NCBI RefSeq assembly: GCF_009914755.1
Contig: NC_060926.1
DNA from: the human T2T-CHM13v2.0 reference genome, Homo sapiens
Direction: 5' to 3' (one strand)
DNA length: 64,000 bases
Shown: piece by piece, positions 1-13,040 of the stretch
Numbering within the stretch: the stretch's first letter is position 1
Layout: each line of letters opens with the position of its first letter
Position numbers and translations under genes: made by a program
Notes under the pieces: model-generated
Told to the model about the DNA's origin: nothing
Database searches by the model: none
The model's input: only the letters and a program-made list of their open reading frames with translations

Positions 1-2545
1 AACAAAAACTTCAGGCAAAATAGACATAGAAAATCACACCAAGGCAAATTATCATAAAAGTGCCAAAAATGCCAAAAACAAGAAAATCTTAAAAACAGTC
101 AAATAAGAAATGACACATTTAATACAAATAAACAAAAATAAGAATGTCAGCAGACTTCTCCAAAAATATGCATGACAGAAGACAATGGAGAGACATGTTT
201 AAAATACTAAAAGAAAACACTGTCAATGTAGAGTTTTATACTCAGCATACTTATCTTTCAAAGCTGAAGACAAGATCAAGATGTTTTGGAAAAACAAATG
301 CTTAAATAATTCTTTGTCAGCAAACATGCATTACAAAAATGTTAAAATTCCTCGGGCAGAAGGAAAATATCAGATGGAAATTTAGATCTTCACAAATGAA
401 TGAAGAGCAATGGAAATGGCAAGTATAAAAGACTTTCATCTGATTTTTTAATGTCTTTAAAACATAGTTGACTATCTAAAACAGTAAGAAAATGGTATCG
501 TGGAGTTTTAACATATATGGAGATAAGACTGAATGCTTTCTCCCTAAAATCAGGAACAAGGTCAGGATCTCCGCTCACACCACTTCTATTTAACATTGTG
601 CTGATGTTCTACCAGTGCAATAAAGGAAGAAAAAAAATTAAAATCATAGAGAGTTAAAATAATGAAGTAAAACTGTCTCTATTTGCAGATGGCCCAACTG
701 TCCATATGAAAAATCCCAAGGAATATAAAAATAGCTACCAGAACTAAAAAGTGAGGTTAGCAAGATCACAGGATACAAGATGAATATACAAAAATAAATT
801 GCATTTATATATACTAGCAACAAATAATTGGACATTCACTTTTAAAATATAAATATACCATTTACAATCACGTCAAAAAATATGAAGAGTTAGAGATTTG
901 TCTAAATATGTGTAATACCGACATACTAAAAACTACAAAATAAAGTATTGCTAAAAGAAATTAAAGAAGATCTGAATAAATAGACATGCTATGTTCATGA
1001 ATGAAAGACTCAAAATTATTAATGTACCAACCTTCCCATATTGATGTAAGGGTTTAATACAATCCCAATCAAAATCACAGCAGTCTTTTTGTAGAAACTG
1101 GTAAGCTGATTCTAAATTTTATAGGAAAATGAAATGACCCGAAATTGCTAAAATAAATTTGAAAAAGAAAAAGTTAGAAAGTGTTCACTACCTGATTCAA
1201 GACTTACTGTAAAGCTATAATAATTAAGTCAGTATAGTATTTATGAGGATAAACATATAGATCAGTGGAACAAAAGAGAGTCCAGAAATAGATCTACTCA
1301 AAGATGTCAAGGTTACTCAATGGGGAAAGATAGTTTTTTCCAACAAATAGTGCTGGAACAATTGGATATCCATTTGGAAAAATAACAAGCCTAGACACTA
1401 ACCTTTCACACAATACATAAAAATTAACTCAAGAAGCATCACAGGTCTAAATATAAGAGCTAAAACTATAAAACTTCAAAAAAAAACCCGTAAGAAAAAA
1501 TATTTGTGACCCTGGGTTAGGAAAATATTTCAAAAATAGGACACAGAGAATACAAAGAAAAACATGATAAATTAGACTTTGTCAAATTAAAAACTTTTGA
1601 TCTTTAAAAATGACCATTAATAAGAATACAAGCCACAAAATGGGTGGGAGAAAATATCTGCAAAATTTGTATCTGATGAAAGACTTGAATCCAGAACATG
1701 TTAAAAAACACAATTCAATAATAAGACAACTTGATTTTTTAGATGAGTAAAAGATTTGAACAAAGAAAATATGAATGGCAAACAAGCACATAAAAAGATG
1801 TCCAACGTCATTAATCATTAGAGAAATACAAATTAAAACCACAATGAAATACCACTATACTCTCTCTGAAACAGCTAGAATTAAAAAGACTGACAATACC
1901 TAGGATTGATGAGAATATGGAGCAACTGAAACTCATACATTGCTGGTGGGAATATAAAATTATACAGCCATTTTGGAAACCATTTTGGCATACGCTTATC
2001 ATATCACACAGCAATTCTAGTCATAGTATTTACCCAAGAAATGGAAACATATTTCTACACAATGTTTTGTGTGCAAATGTTCATAGTCACTTTATTAGTA
2101 ACAGTCAACAACTGCAAATAACCCAAATGTCTATCAACTATGGTATATGTACTCATTGGGGTACTACTCAGCAATATAAAGGAAACAGTTCATGCTACGT
2201 AAAACAACATGCGTGAATCTTAAAAGCAGTTTGCTAAGTGAAAGAAACCCAAGACATAAAACTGCCTAACTGTATGATTCAATTTATAAGAAATATGGGG
2301 AAAGGCAAAACTAAAATGATAGAAAGCCCAACAGTGATTGCCAGGGACTGGAAGGAGGCAGAGGTGATTAAAGGGAAAGAAGCATGCAGTAGATTCTGGG
2401 GTGATGGGAATATTCTTTATCGTGAGTATAATGAGATAGTGATGATAAATATTTGCCAAAACTTATTGAACTGAACACTTAAAAGGGTGATTATAATTAC
2501 ATGTAAATCACACCTGGGGGAAAAAGCTGATATAAAAAAAAAGTT
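1..2545 (+). mobile_element. Old L1 (L1ME1/2-like): ORF1 end joined to the ORF2 3' part and 3' UTR, degenerate
   Basis: ORF1-like A-rich sequence 1-520. ORF2 RT-region sequence (ctgaatgctttctccctaaaatcaggaacaagg...ccacttctatttaacattgtg) starts near 525. L1ME-type 3' end (ggggtgatgggaatattctt...gaactgaacacttaaaagggtga) at about 2400-2490. Many stops and frameshifts. Confidence 0.9.
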
Positions 2546-2854
2546 TAAGGAGATAAACAGGAAAATGAGGCCAATGGTTATAATGTAAATGTCTAATGCA
2601 GCAGGAGTAGGTATCTTCTAGAATCTTTCAACCCTTCTTCTAACTGCTGCAGCTGCTGGATTGGATCATTGGATCTGTTACCAATTAAAGAAGCTTAAAA
2701 ATGCTGAGAAGATGTTCTGTAGCTGAAAGCACCACCTTTCCCTGTCTAAGGCTACTGGGGAACCTTTTGAAATCTTCTACTCTTGCTCATTGGCCAGGTA
2801 TGGATTTGCTGAGGTGGGGAGGGTGTAAACTTGCAGGTGATACTGTGCTTTGAT

Positions 2855-2945
2855 GTCTTTCATCTTATTAAACTCTCCCAACAATCTGAAGGTAAATAGT
2901 TATTCTCACTTTGCAAGTAAAAAATGGAAAAGGCCTAGAGAGAAG
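2855..2945 (-). mobile_element. MIR fragment
   Basis: ctcccaacaatctgaaggtaaatagttattctcactttgcaagtaaaaaatgg resembles the antisense MIR core. Confidence 0.5.
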
Positions 2946-2967
2946 AATTTGGGTTTTTAACTTTGAA

Positions 2968-3090
2968 AGGGATCACATACATATCCAGACACATTCTCAT
3001 GAATTTTTGGAACAGCAAATCACAGAAAAAAATCCCAAAAGCACCTAGAAGAGAAAAAAAAAATGAGCTACCTCTAAGGAACAAGATTCT
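2968..3090 (+). mobile_element. Old L1 ORF1 fragment
   Basis: ccagacacattctcatgaatttttggaacagc...aaaatcccaaaagcacctagaagagaaaaa resembles L1 ORF1 (RHILxxF...KIxKA.R.KK). Confidence 0.55.
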
Positions 3091-4439
3091 GCCATTAAAT
3101 GCTCAAGGAGTTTGTAAGAAGAGTCTTTTGTGGGTTTCCCAAAGCTGCATCAGGTAGGACTGAGAGGAAATGGATAGCATCCCCTTTAGGACTGGTAAAG
3201 GAAACCAGAAACTTCATAAACAATAGCATGGCAAAGAAACCAAGGAATGTCAAGGGAAGGCCCAGAAGCCAGTGTGACTACAGCAGGACTGAGAAATAGG
3301 CCTGGAAGGCCAACTTCGTGTCACACTGCAGAAAACTTTATGGTTGAGAAGAAAGAGTAATGATTCTCCCTGCAGCTCTCTGTCCCACGCCTCATCTTTT
3401 TATGACCTTTGAATTTCCTACTCTCTCCCCAGAGACCTACTGATCCTCCTAACTAGAGAGTCTAGCATTGGGAAAAGGAAAAGAGTCCCAAGTATATCCA
3501 CAATCACTAGTCTGGTAGAAAAGAACAAAGAATCCTCAAGAAGATAATGTTGCAAAGGAGAAAAGACAAAGTGTATACAGAGAAAGCACAGGAATTTGTG
3601 AAGAATAAATAACAGAGCTAATATCTTCTGGCCTCTGTTTGACTGTCCTGTTCTAATGTCTATGAGGCTTCAGGATTCACTGATGATGGTACACTTCTTC
3701 CACTCTCCCCTAAACCCTCCTACCCTAGTTTGGATTAGAAACTCTTTCTTGTTTTGATCTTCATGTACACCCTTAAGAATACCACCATCACTACAAGTAT
3801 TATTAAGTAAAGGCTAGCTGAACTACCCAAATTTTCTGACATTGTTTCTCCTAGTTTCTTTGCTCCAGAAGTCCCAGACTTTTCCATTCCTGAGATTAAT
3901 TCTCTTCCTTTAGCTTTGGTGCATCCCTGATCTTGCAAGGTTCAAAGCCTGCCATGTGTTGTAGTCTAAGCTCTTCTCTCCCTCTTTTGCTTCTAGAGGA
4001 AAGACAAGGGGAGCTTTGGACCCCAGGAGTTGAGGGAGTGGAGGCGGCCCACACTCTGGCTCAGCTTCCTCTTTATTTCTTCTGTTCTCCTCAAGTGCCT
4101 AAAAACAATTTCAGATGCATCTCCCACTGGCATGGGAGATCAATCTCCTGCCAATAACTGCCCCATTAGGTCTAGACAACAGATTCATGCCCAGCTGCAC
4201 CCTTGGCTAGTGTCTGACATAATTTTACTTTATAATCCTAAAAGAAAATTTGCCCCTTCCCAACCTTAAGTCACATTACAAACTCTCTCTCTACCTTGAC
4301 ATTACAATTAGCTCCATTATCCTCTCCCAATTCCTGGAGTTCCCTGTGTAAACAAAGAGATGGGAAAATGAAATTCTGCCATACATCTAACACTTCACCA
4401 ACTTCTGGTTTATTTTAATGCATTCCCAGAAAGCCTCTA

Positions 4440-4535
4440 GAGGGCAAGCACCAAGCCTTGTTTGTTGTTGTACTCTGCATGTCTGGCACAGTACTTGCTA
4501 CATGGTAGATGGTTAATAAATGAAAAAATGAATGC
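4440..4535 (+). mobile_element. L2 3' end
   Basis: tctggcacagtacttgctacatggtagatggttaataaatgaaaaaatgaatg is a typical L2 tail. Confidence 0.7.
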
Positions 4536-4777
4536 CTCATAGTTTGCTTAAACTGAAAGAATTATACAAGATTCCTTCATGCACAAACCTGCAGGCAAGT
4601 CCATGAAAAGATGGCTGTCTGTCTAACTTTCAGCATTCCATCCACTTCAAACATGGCTCCAGGTACCAAAAATGCCCTCATATTTTGGTGCAATGCAGAA
4701 TCCATACTAGAGGGATGGGCTTTGGTTTTCATGACAGGATTTAATGTGTGGGTTAGGCTGTCAAAAAAGGAAAGGAA

Positions 4778-5226
<449 letters not shown>

Positions 5227-6249
5227 TCACAGCTATCTAGACCTTGATCCACTGGAGAAGCAGCTTGGTTTCTGTCCTTCCTGAGTTCACGGGCTCAGTC
5301 TCCTCGAGCTCCTACCTTTTCAAGTGTTCCGTTCCCTGGCAGAGAGACCAGCAAAGTTCTACCATGGTTCTATTTCTGTCGCCCCCCTGCCAAATACCTT
5401 CCAGCCTACTTCTACACCATATGAATTAAAAGCACATCAGTGAGAAAATTAACTGGAAGGAATAAAATCTCATGGCCATTTGGCAGCCTCATGGTTCAGC
5501 AATACCAGTGGTCCCTCACCTTTGGCTTCGGGCGCCGTGCACAAGCCGGCTCCGGTGAGCCACCAGCCATCACCCACAGTGCTCTTCACAGTCATGGCCT
5601 TGGTAGAATGATCAGACCACTACAGCTGCAAGGAGGGAAATCCAGGTCACCGAATGCCTTCCCTCTCCTCTCCACTCCTCTAGCCTATTTCCTTCTACTC
5701 AAAATCTCCAGCTATCAGTGCAATCTCATCCCGCAAATCTTTTCTCAGGGAAGATGAGAGGAAGGCACCCTCCCCACCCATCTCCACTTTTGAAATGCCT
5801 CCAGGAGTGCCAGCTGTACAGACTTTTCCAGAAGGGTGTTGGAGGAGAGCGTGGCGCATTCAGAGCACCAAGGCTCCCTGATTATGCAAGGCATACAAGA
5901 GCCCCTCTATTCATCACCTCGAGGTAGACTATTAAATCTCTGGAAGCCTTCCACACAGTTTAGTAACGGAGATCCATTATGCCCTCCCTCAGGTTCCACT
6001 GAACACCAGCAAACAAACATATGGTGAGTAAGTTCTAATAGAATTCCACACCACATGCAGGCTCTGCGCAGAGCTCTGTGCTGGAGGGAAGCTGGCCCCA
6101 AGCAGCCTTTGATGGCAGCTCCTCCAAGTGGTTTCTGCAACAGGATTTTCCTGCTTTCACCATGTAAGGATATGAGGCGTGGAGAATTTATTTCTGTTTT
6201 CTAGTAAAGCATTTGGTGAGGAGTGTGGACATCTTCTTATATCCCCAGC

Positions 6250-6400
6250 TTGTAGAGGAGCTTATTAGCTGACTTTGGGTAGGTCACTTGGCCCCCCAAA
6301 CCTTTGGTGCCTGTCTGTGTAAAATAGCCACAAATGATACCTGTTGTCTATTTCACAGGTGTTGTAATAATGAAACAGCTCAATGGACATAGGATGTTTT
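6250..6400 (+). mobile_element. MIR
   Basis: tagctgactttgggtaggtcacttg...ctgtgtaaaatag...ttcacaggtgttgtaataatgaaa. Confidence 0.6.
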
Positions 6401-8874
6401 GGAACGCATTTCAGATTTGTATCATTATCACAACCCGCCCCCGGATTTCCCGCCTCCGGCCCATGTCTATAGGCTTCATTCCATACAAGAGCCAACTGCA
6501 TTATCCTTAGGAGAGTTAAAAATAAAACAACAAATCTAGAGTATTGATGATATTGATAACAAGAAAATGTATTTTCTACAATTCAGTAGCTTTACAGTTC
6601 CTTTTTGAAAACTATACCTTTAAAAATAAAAACCTGTCTTCTCTCTTTGTCCTCCCCCTCTCCGACCTCCCCCCTCGTCCCCCTTCCCCGCCAAAAAGTG
6701 ATTATGGAGTGAGAGCCATACTGATTATTTTGACTGATCAACTGGAGAAATTTAGATAAATTTGGCTTTTCATTAACTGCAGCTGTTGTTTCTTTCAGTG
6801 CTTAAATGCAATTTATCATTTGAATGTGCCGGCTGAGGAACGTTGCTTGAGTTTTCCTTTGCTTTCAATCATTAGTCCTAACAGTATGAATCCAATTTCT
6901 ATAGTTAGCCCTTAAAAAGGGTCCCATTTTCTGTCCTTTATGGTTGTTCTTATTGAAATATTAAGTTTTAGGATCAGTTCTCTATCACACACACCACTAT
7001 CAACATACTACTATTCAAACCCAAATCCAGCTTCCATGCCCTGAAATCACAGGTGCAAAAGCCTAAAACCTCTCAAGGCTCTCTGTCTCCCCACCTCAGC
7101 CCCAGCCCATCACCATCCCCACCCACCCACTTACTTAGAACAATGTTTAATTTGGTCACCAGATTCAAATATGCAGAAGTAAGGCCTCCCAAACTCAACG
7201 AGATTTCCAGCTCCAATGCACAAAAAGGAAGTTGTGTAGTTCCACATGACTTGACTGTGAATGAGAGCTGTGAAGTGATAAACGACCTCCAAACAACATT
7301 GGCTTATTTAAATTAAACTATTATTCATTTATACAGGATGATGACTCATGATTATCTGGACAGGAAGAGAAAAAAAATGTAGTAGGAGGAGATAGCCTCA
7401 GAACTTGTTTCCTGTTAATGTTCTAAGAGTAATATCATGCTAGTCTTTATGTGGTTTCTCATTATTCTTAGAACTTTAGTTACCATCTTAATTATTCTAT
7501 TGTTTCTCTTGGAAGAGGAGGAGGAGTAGACAGGCTACATTTTCTTTTTTTTTCACACCATGATGGATTAAACGTCAAGAATAATTAAATGCCACAGGTT
7601 GCTAGCCAACAATTGAACGCTGACATCTTTTAGGAGAACCCACCCAGGAAAGAAGAAAACAAACATCTTAACATCTCAGTGTCTTTCCTGACTTCATTTA
7701 CGTAGGCAGGGATCCCAACATCTTAAATAAAAAAAAAAAAGAACAAAGCCTCTCCAAGCTAATAATTATTCTATGCTTGGAATGAGAGTGTTCAGAAGAA
7801 CCAGACATTTATGTCGAAACGTTTTCCAAAGTAGGAGAAGTGGGGGGTTTGCTCCTGTGCACGCTGGCAAATGAAAACAACAAAGAATGTGGATCATCCC
7901 AGAGACTTTAGAAACAACATGGAGCCATTTCAAAAGTTCTGATTCTGAGATTTTGAGGGCAAGGAAACAAAGGAAATGTTATTGGTTAATTTATCAATAA
8001 TTGATAGACAAGGCTGTACTTCCAGTTCCATTTAAGAGCCAACTACAAATAAAATTGTCAGCACATGGCTGAGTAAGAACTATCTGGGGTGGAAGAAACT
8101 GAGAAATATTCACTGAAGCATTAATATTTCATGAAGACCAGAAGACCAAGGTCAGTTTTGTTATGAAGGACCCTGAGGTTCCAGTTCACTTTGAAATGCT
8201 GAAGCCAGGCAATTTCAGGACGTTCTATTCATTCTGGCAAGTAAAGACATCTTCCAAACACACAGCAGTGACTTTATTCGAGCACAAAAGTTGGCCCCTC
8301 TGGGAGTAGCAAAATCGAGACAAACGATACTCTAGATAATGTGTTCTTCTCTACAAGCACCCAAGTTTTTGTGAAGAACAGCTTAACTTTCGTGTGTTTA
8401 CCACAAGACTCTCAACTCTCCACATGGCTTGAGTGACAACTGATATCTCTACAATATTATGGCCACACACATCCCATCTCTTGTTTGATTTTTTTGGATC
8501 TCCTCTTTCCCCAAAGCCCACTCTTCCTTAATATGAAGAGGTTGGTCTTGAATCTGCATTCTCTGGTTCCTATCCCTTTAGTATCTCTCATTTTGGGTGG
8601 CCAGTCACTCACTTACAGGGCACAGACAAAGTAACAGACAAACTAAAAGCCCTTCCAAACCAAACAACAAGGGCCAGGCGAGAAACTATCAGCTCTTCCT
8701 AGGAAGCTGAGACGCAGTGCCCTGAGTGATGATGGAGCCTGACAGGAACAGAGAGCACAGCCCACTCATCGTAGCTACAAACTATCAAATTCTTAAACAC
8801 CAACACCAGATCTTCCTTTTCTTTCTCTATCAAGAGTCACTGGTTTAAACACTTGACCAAATGATGTGGCCTGA

Positions 8875-9002
8875 CTACACTAAAATCTCAGAATTTAACA
8901 CTATATAATTCATCCATGTAACTAAAAACCACTCTTACCCTAAAAGCTATTGAAATTTTAAAAATAACAAATAAATTTAAATGTAAAAAAAATTAAAATT
9001 AA
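8875..9002 (+). mobile_element. Extremely 5'-truncated L1PB-like 3' end with decayed TSD
   Basis: aattcatccatgtaactaaaaaccactcttaccctaaaagctattgaaat followed by an A-rich tail. Flanks aaatgatgtggcctga (8859-8874) and aaaagacgtgccctga (9003-9018) match at 13/16. Confidence 0.8.
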
Positions 9003-9102
9003 AAAAGACGTGCCCTGAAAGCCTAGAGCTCTACAACACCCCTGAAATATAACACTTCTCCAAGACCCCAGGGATGTCAAAAAAGGAGAGCTAGAACGTA
9101 AC

Positions 9103-9480
9103 TGTATTAGTCCGTTTTCACACTGCTGATAAAGACATACCTGAGACTGGGCAATTTACAAAAGAAAGAGATTTATTTAATGGACTTACAGTTCACTTGC
9201 CTGGGGAGGCCTCACAATCATGGCGGAAGGCAAGGAAGAGCAAGTCACGTCTTAGATGGAGGGCAGCAGGCAAAGAGAGAAAGAGAGCTTCTGCATGGAA
9301 ACTCCTGTTTTTAAAAACATCAGATCTCATGAGACTTATCCACTATCATGAGAACAGCACAGGAAAGACCCACCCCTATGATTCAATTACCTCACACCAG
9401 GTTCCTCCCATGACACATGGGAATTGTAGGAGTTACAATTCAAGATGAGATTTGGGTGGCAACACAACCAAACCATATCA
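9103..9480 (-). mobile_element. THE1A/B-like MaLR solo LTR
   Basis: Runs tgtattagtccgttttcacactgctgataaagacatacc...gatgagatttgggtgg...aaaccatatca, the reverse complement of the THE1 LTR, with TG...CA ends. Confidence 0.93.
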
Positions 9481-9867
9481 GTCGCTCTTGTTAAAGACCC
9501 TGAAGACTGTTCTGAATGGCTTGGGTGCAGGGCCGGTGCCCCCATTCTCCTTAAAGTGTCAGAATTCTTTCCCTTTACTCCCCATGTGAGAACCTATTAT
9601 CCCACAGACTCCACCCTGCAAAACCAAATGTGGCAGCCCACAAGTTGAGTTCTAAGAGAGATGCACTCCAGACCCTTCCACCCCAATCACCCACTTTCCA
9701 CCCCTGCTCTGTGCCCTCCCCATCCTGAGTGAGGGTGAAAAGGTAGCACAGAGAAGACAGGACCAAATAATCCGTTCTTACTCTCTTACAAATGGTAACT
9801 TGTTGAGTGAGCATTGCTACCACTCCACACCCAGATAAAAATAAAACAAATGTCAACAGTATATATC

Positions 9868-9924
9868 TCTTACCACCTGAGACCATGTAACCTGAGATCT
9901 TACCACCTGAGACCATGAGACCTG
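9868..9924. repeat. 30-bp-period tandem duplication
   Basis: tcttaccacctgagaccatg is identical at 9868-9887 and 9898-9917. Confidence 0.9.
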
Positions 9925-10249
9925 GCTCTCATCCCAGTTCCTTGCTGTGAAATACCTACTCAACATTACTGTCTATGAGTCTGCTACAAATAATTATTTG
10001 AATATCTACTACCACAGGCATAAAACGCTTTGCAGCACAAGTTCAGATTCAGGGCCATAAGTTCAAATTCCTGACCTCCAAACAATATTTGCAAAGGGAC
10101 CATCCCTCAGACCACTTTCCTTGGACATTTCACCCATCCAAGAGAGGAAGGCCTCTACCCACACTACTATCTTACTACAGAGTGATTAAGAACTTTCCAC
10201 ACTATTATCCACCTTCTCAGTGAGAAGAACTAGAGTGCGGATAAAGAGA

Positions 10250-10580
10250 GTGCATGCTCAGTAAATATTTATTGAGTCCTCACTGTGTGCTAGGCACTCT
10301 GTAGGCACAAGAATGTAATACAGGTTGAGTATTCCTTATCCAAAGATACAAAAGACAAAATGCTCCAGTGAGCATTTCCTTTGAGCATCATGGCAGTGCT
10401 CAAAAAGTTTCAGATTTTGGAGCATTACAGATTTTAGCAGGGGTGCCCAACCAGTAAGTACATGATGCAAATATTCCAAAATCCAAAACACTTCTGGTCC
10501 CAAGTATTACAGACAATGGATACTCACCCTGTAGTAAACCAGATGACCAAGCAGCCTTCCCTCATGTGCTTTACCATCTA
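10250..10580 (-). mobile_element. L2 3' fragment interrupted by Tigger4a
   Basis: aaatatttattgagtcctcactgtgtgctaggcactctg on the left continues as ccttccctcatgtgctttaccatcta on the right of the DNA element. Confidence 0.7.
10321..10531. mobile_element. Tigger4a (MER46A)-like TcMar MITE
   Basis: TIRs caggttgagtattcc / ggatactcaccctg, with TA on both sides (10319-10320 and 10532-10533). Internal aatgctcc...ggagcatt hairpin and acacttctggtcccaag. Confidence 0.88.
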
Positions 10581-10715
10581 ATCCTCACAGAGTCTCATGA
10601 GATCTCTAGCAACACCATTTAATCAATGAAGAGAGGCAAAGAGAGCCCCAGATAGAAAAGGACAGAGGTGGGATTGAAAACCAGTTTGTTCTCTCCAAAC
10701 CACTGCTCTTTCCAG
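10581..10715 (-). mobile_element. MIR fragment
   Basis: atcctcacagag...gaggtgggattgaaaaccagtttgttctctccaaaccactgctctttcca. Confidence 0.55.
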
Positions 10716-11994
10716 GAGATTACACTGCCCCCAAGTTAATGGGGAAACAAGGACTGTTGGTTTGCTCTTCTTGGCCCATTATTTTAAAAATGGCAGGAAA
10801 TGGGCTTGAGGGTCAATCAAGCCCACTCCCCATTCAGTCCAGGGCTGGGGATTGTCACTGGGAAAGACAACCTCCAGCTGGACTCATTGATGGCTCATGG
10901 CTATGTGTTCATGCTAGATGGCCAAATGGGGCCAATTGGCCTCTAGGCCCATGCTTAAGGCAACAGCAATGTCAAGGAAGAATGTGAGAAAACAATTTTT
11001 GAAGAATGGTTTCTTTTTTTTTTTTCAAAAAAAAGAAACCAAGGGAAAAACAACAAAGTAATCAGATAAGAATTCTATTACATTTATTTATATTTACTCT
11101 ATAGCTTAGTATTATTTTATTCTGAATTATATATGAGAAGGGAGATGCTGAAACCTTTTTGTGCTTAAAGTCGGTGAAGATCTTAATCTGACCCAAGAAA
11201 ATTCTGCTCTTATGCCCCACGGAGAAGCCACAATACCTGCCCTTCCTGCCCAAGGTCACACAGAGGAGGAGGCCACTAGCAGACCATAAGCTGAGGTCTT
11301 CTGCCTGTGCCTGCACTGTTCTGTGCCTTCCTTCCCAGGAGCTGTGAGGATCAAATGTCATCAAGAGCATAGAAACTGGTGACAGACTGTCAACTTACCA
11401 ACATACATGAGGTGTTTTGTCTCTATAAGCCCTGAAGCATCACATATCCCTTTTTCATATTTATGATGGAATTCCTCCAGTGAAGAATTGAACACAGTCA
11501 CCCACTCAATCCCTGGGCCAATGCTGACTGCAAGAGATCACCTTCCTGCACAGCTGTGCTGTGCTCCTCCTTCAAGATTCATCACACATCGTACGAAATC
11601 CTAAAGCTGCTAAGGTTTGGCCCCTGTATGCTCCTCAGTCTTAGTCATGACCTCTTCCACTCTCCCTGATCATTTCCACCTCTCTCGAGAGGTATCAACA
11701 GGGCAATGGTATTTCTTGGGTACCAGAGCATTCTATACCAGAATGTTGTAAGGCTGTGGCTGACCCAAGCCTTTGGTGGGTATCTTTTCCTTGTCTATTT
11801 TTTATTACAATAATTATTCAGCTTGTGGGCTTAAAGCAAGATGGCACCCTCGGTAATAGCGTGCACCAGACCCTCCTGGCTTCTCTGTCTGCCCAAGAGA
11901 GTCCTCAAAGTTGTAAACCTCTAGGGAAAGCAGCCATAATCACAGGCCCTTCCCATCTGCTCATCTTAAATTGCCATCTCTCACTTCTCTTTTA

Positions 11995-12474
11995 GACCAA
12001 GACCCTTGACTTTGACATGAAAACACCTTGGGGAGTTTTCAGAAGCTCCATGCCCAGACTCTACCCAGAGATTCTGATTCATTTACTCTGTTGAGGCCCA
12101 GCATTCATGCTTTTTTTTTTTCCTTCTTTTTTTTTTTCTTTGAGACAGAGTTTCACTCTTGTTGCCTTGGCTGGAGTGCAATGGTGCGATCTTGGCTCAC
12201 TCCAACCTCCACCCCCCCGTGTTCAAGCAATTCTCCTGCCTCAGCCTCCCAAGTAGCTGGGATTGCAAGCATGCACCACCAGACCCTGTTAATTTTGTAT
12301 TTTAATAGAGACTGGGTTTCGCCATGTTGGTCAGGCTGGTCTCGAACTCCTGACTTCAAGTGAGCCACCTGCCTCGGCTTCCCAAAGTGCTGGAATTACA
12401 GGCATGAGCCACCTTGCCCAGCCATTCATGCTTTTTAAAAGCTCCCCCGGTGATTCAAAGTTGAGAACCACTGC
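11995..12474. mobile_element. MER5-family hAT-Charlie element split by an Alu
   Basis: catgcccagactctacccagagattctgattc on the left and ttaaaagctcccccggtgattcaaagttgagaaccactg on the right. Confidence 0.8.
12111..12423 (-). mobile_element. AluSp/Sq-like Alu with TSD
   Basis: Antisense Alu (gagtttcactcttgttgcc...). TSD attcatgcttttt at 12103-12115 and 12424-12436. Confidence 0.95.
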
Positions 12475-13040
12475 TCTACCTAGATCATATTCCAACACAC
12501 AATGACAGTTTCTTTTTCTCTTCCAAAAGCTAAGATGTTTACATTTCAAGTGAACTGACTCTCTGTGAATCTCAGAGTTGAGAGAAGCTCTGAAGCTTCT
12601 CAATGCAGTAGGTGTCTCAAGATTCTGAGATCATTTACAACCAGCTAACACAAGGCACGATACGTCCAGCCCTCCTTCTCTTTTGCTTTATTCTTGCTAG
12701 TCCAGGTCTCTTGGCATGAAATCCTGAGAAAGTTTATTCGTGGGAGAAGCTCCGGCTTAGGCTTGAATTCAGAGATGAAAATTTCCCTTCTTAGGAGTCT
12801 TCAGCAGAAATGAAATGAAAGTGAATGATTCTGGGGGGCCCAGGATACTTGGAAAAGATCTATGGTCCAAAGAGGGGTTAGGACAGCTGAAAACCAAGCT
12901 AACCTACATCACCCTCTCAACCAGCACCTAAGCCTTCAAAAAGAAAATGAAGAAACTTGGACAAAGAGCCAGTAGATCCCAAACATAACACCCATCAGGA
13001 ATGGTGTCCTTGTCTCTGGACAGGGACTCTGAGACACCCA

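Noticed and set aside
7140-7325. Possible CR1/L3 relic
   Set aside because: Resemblance too faint to call without an HMM search.
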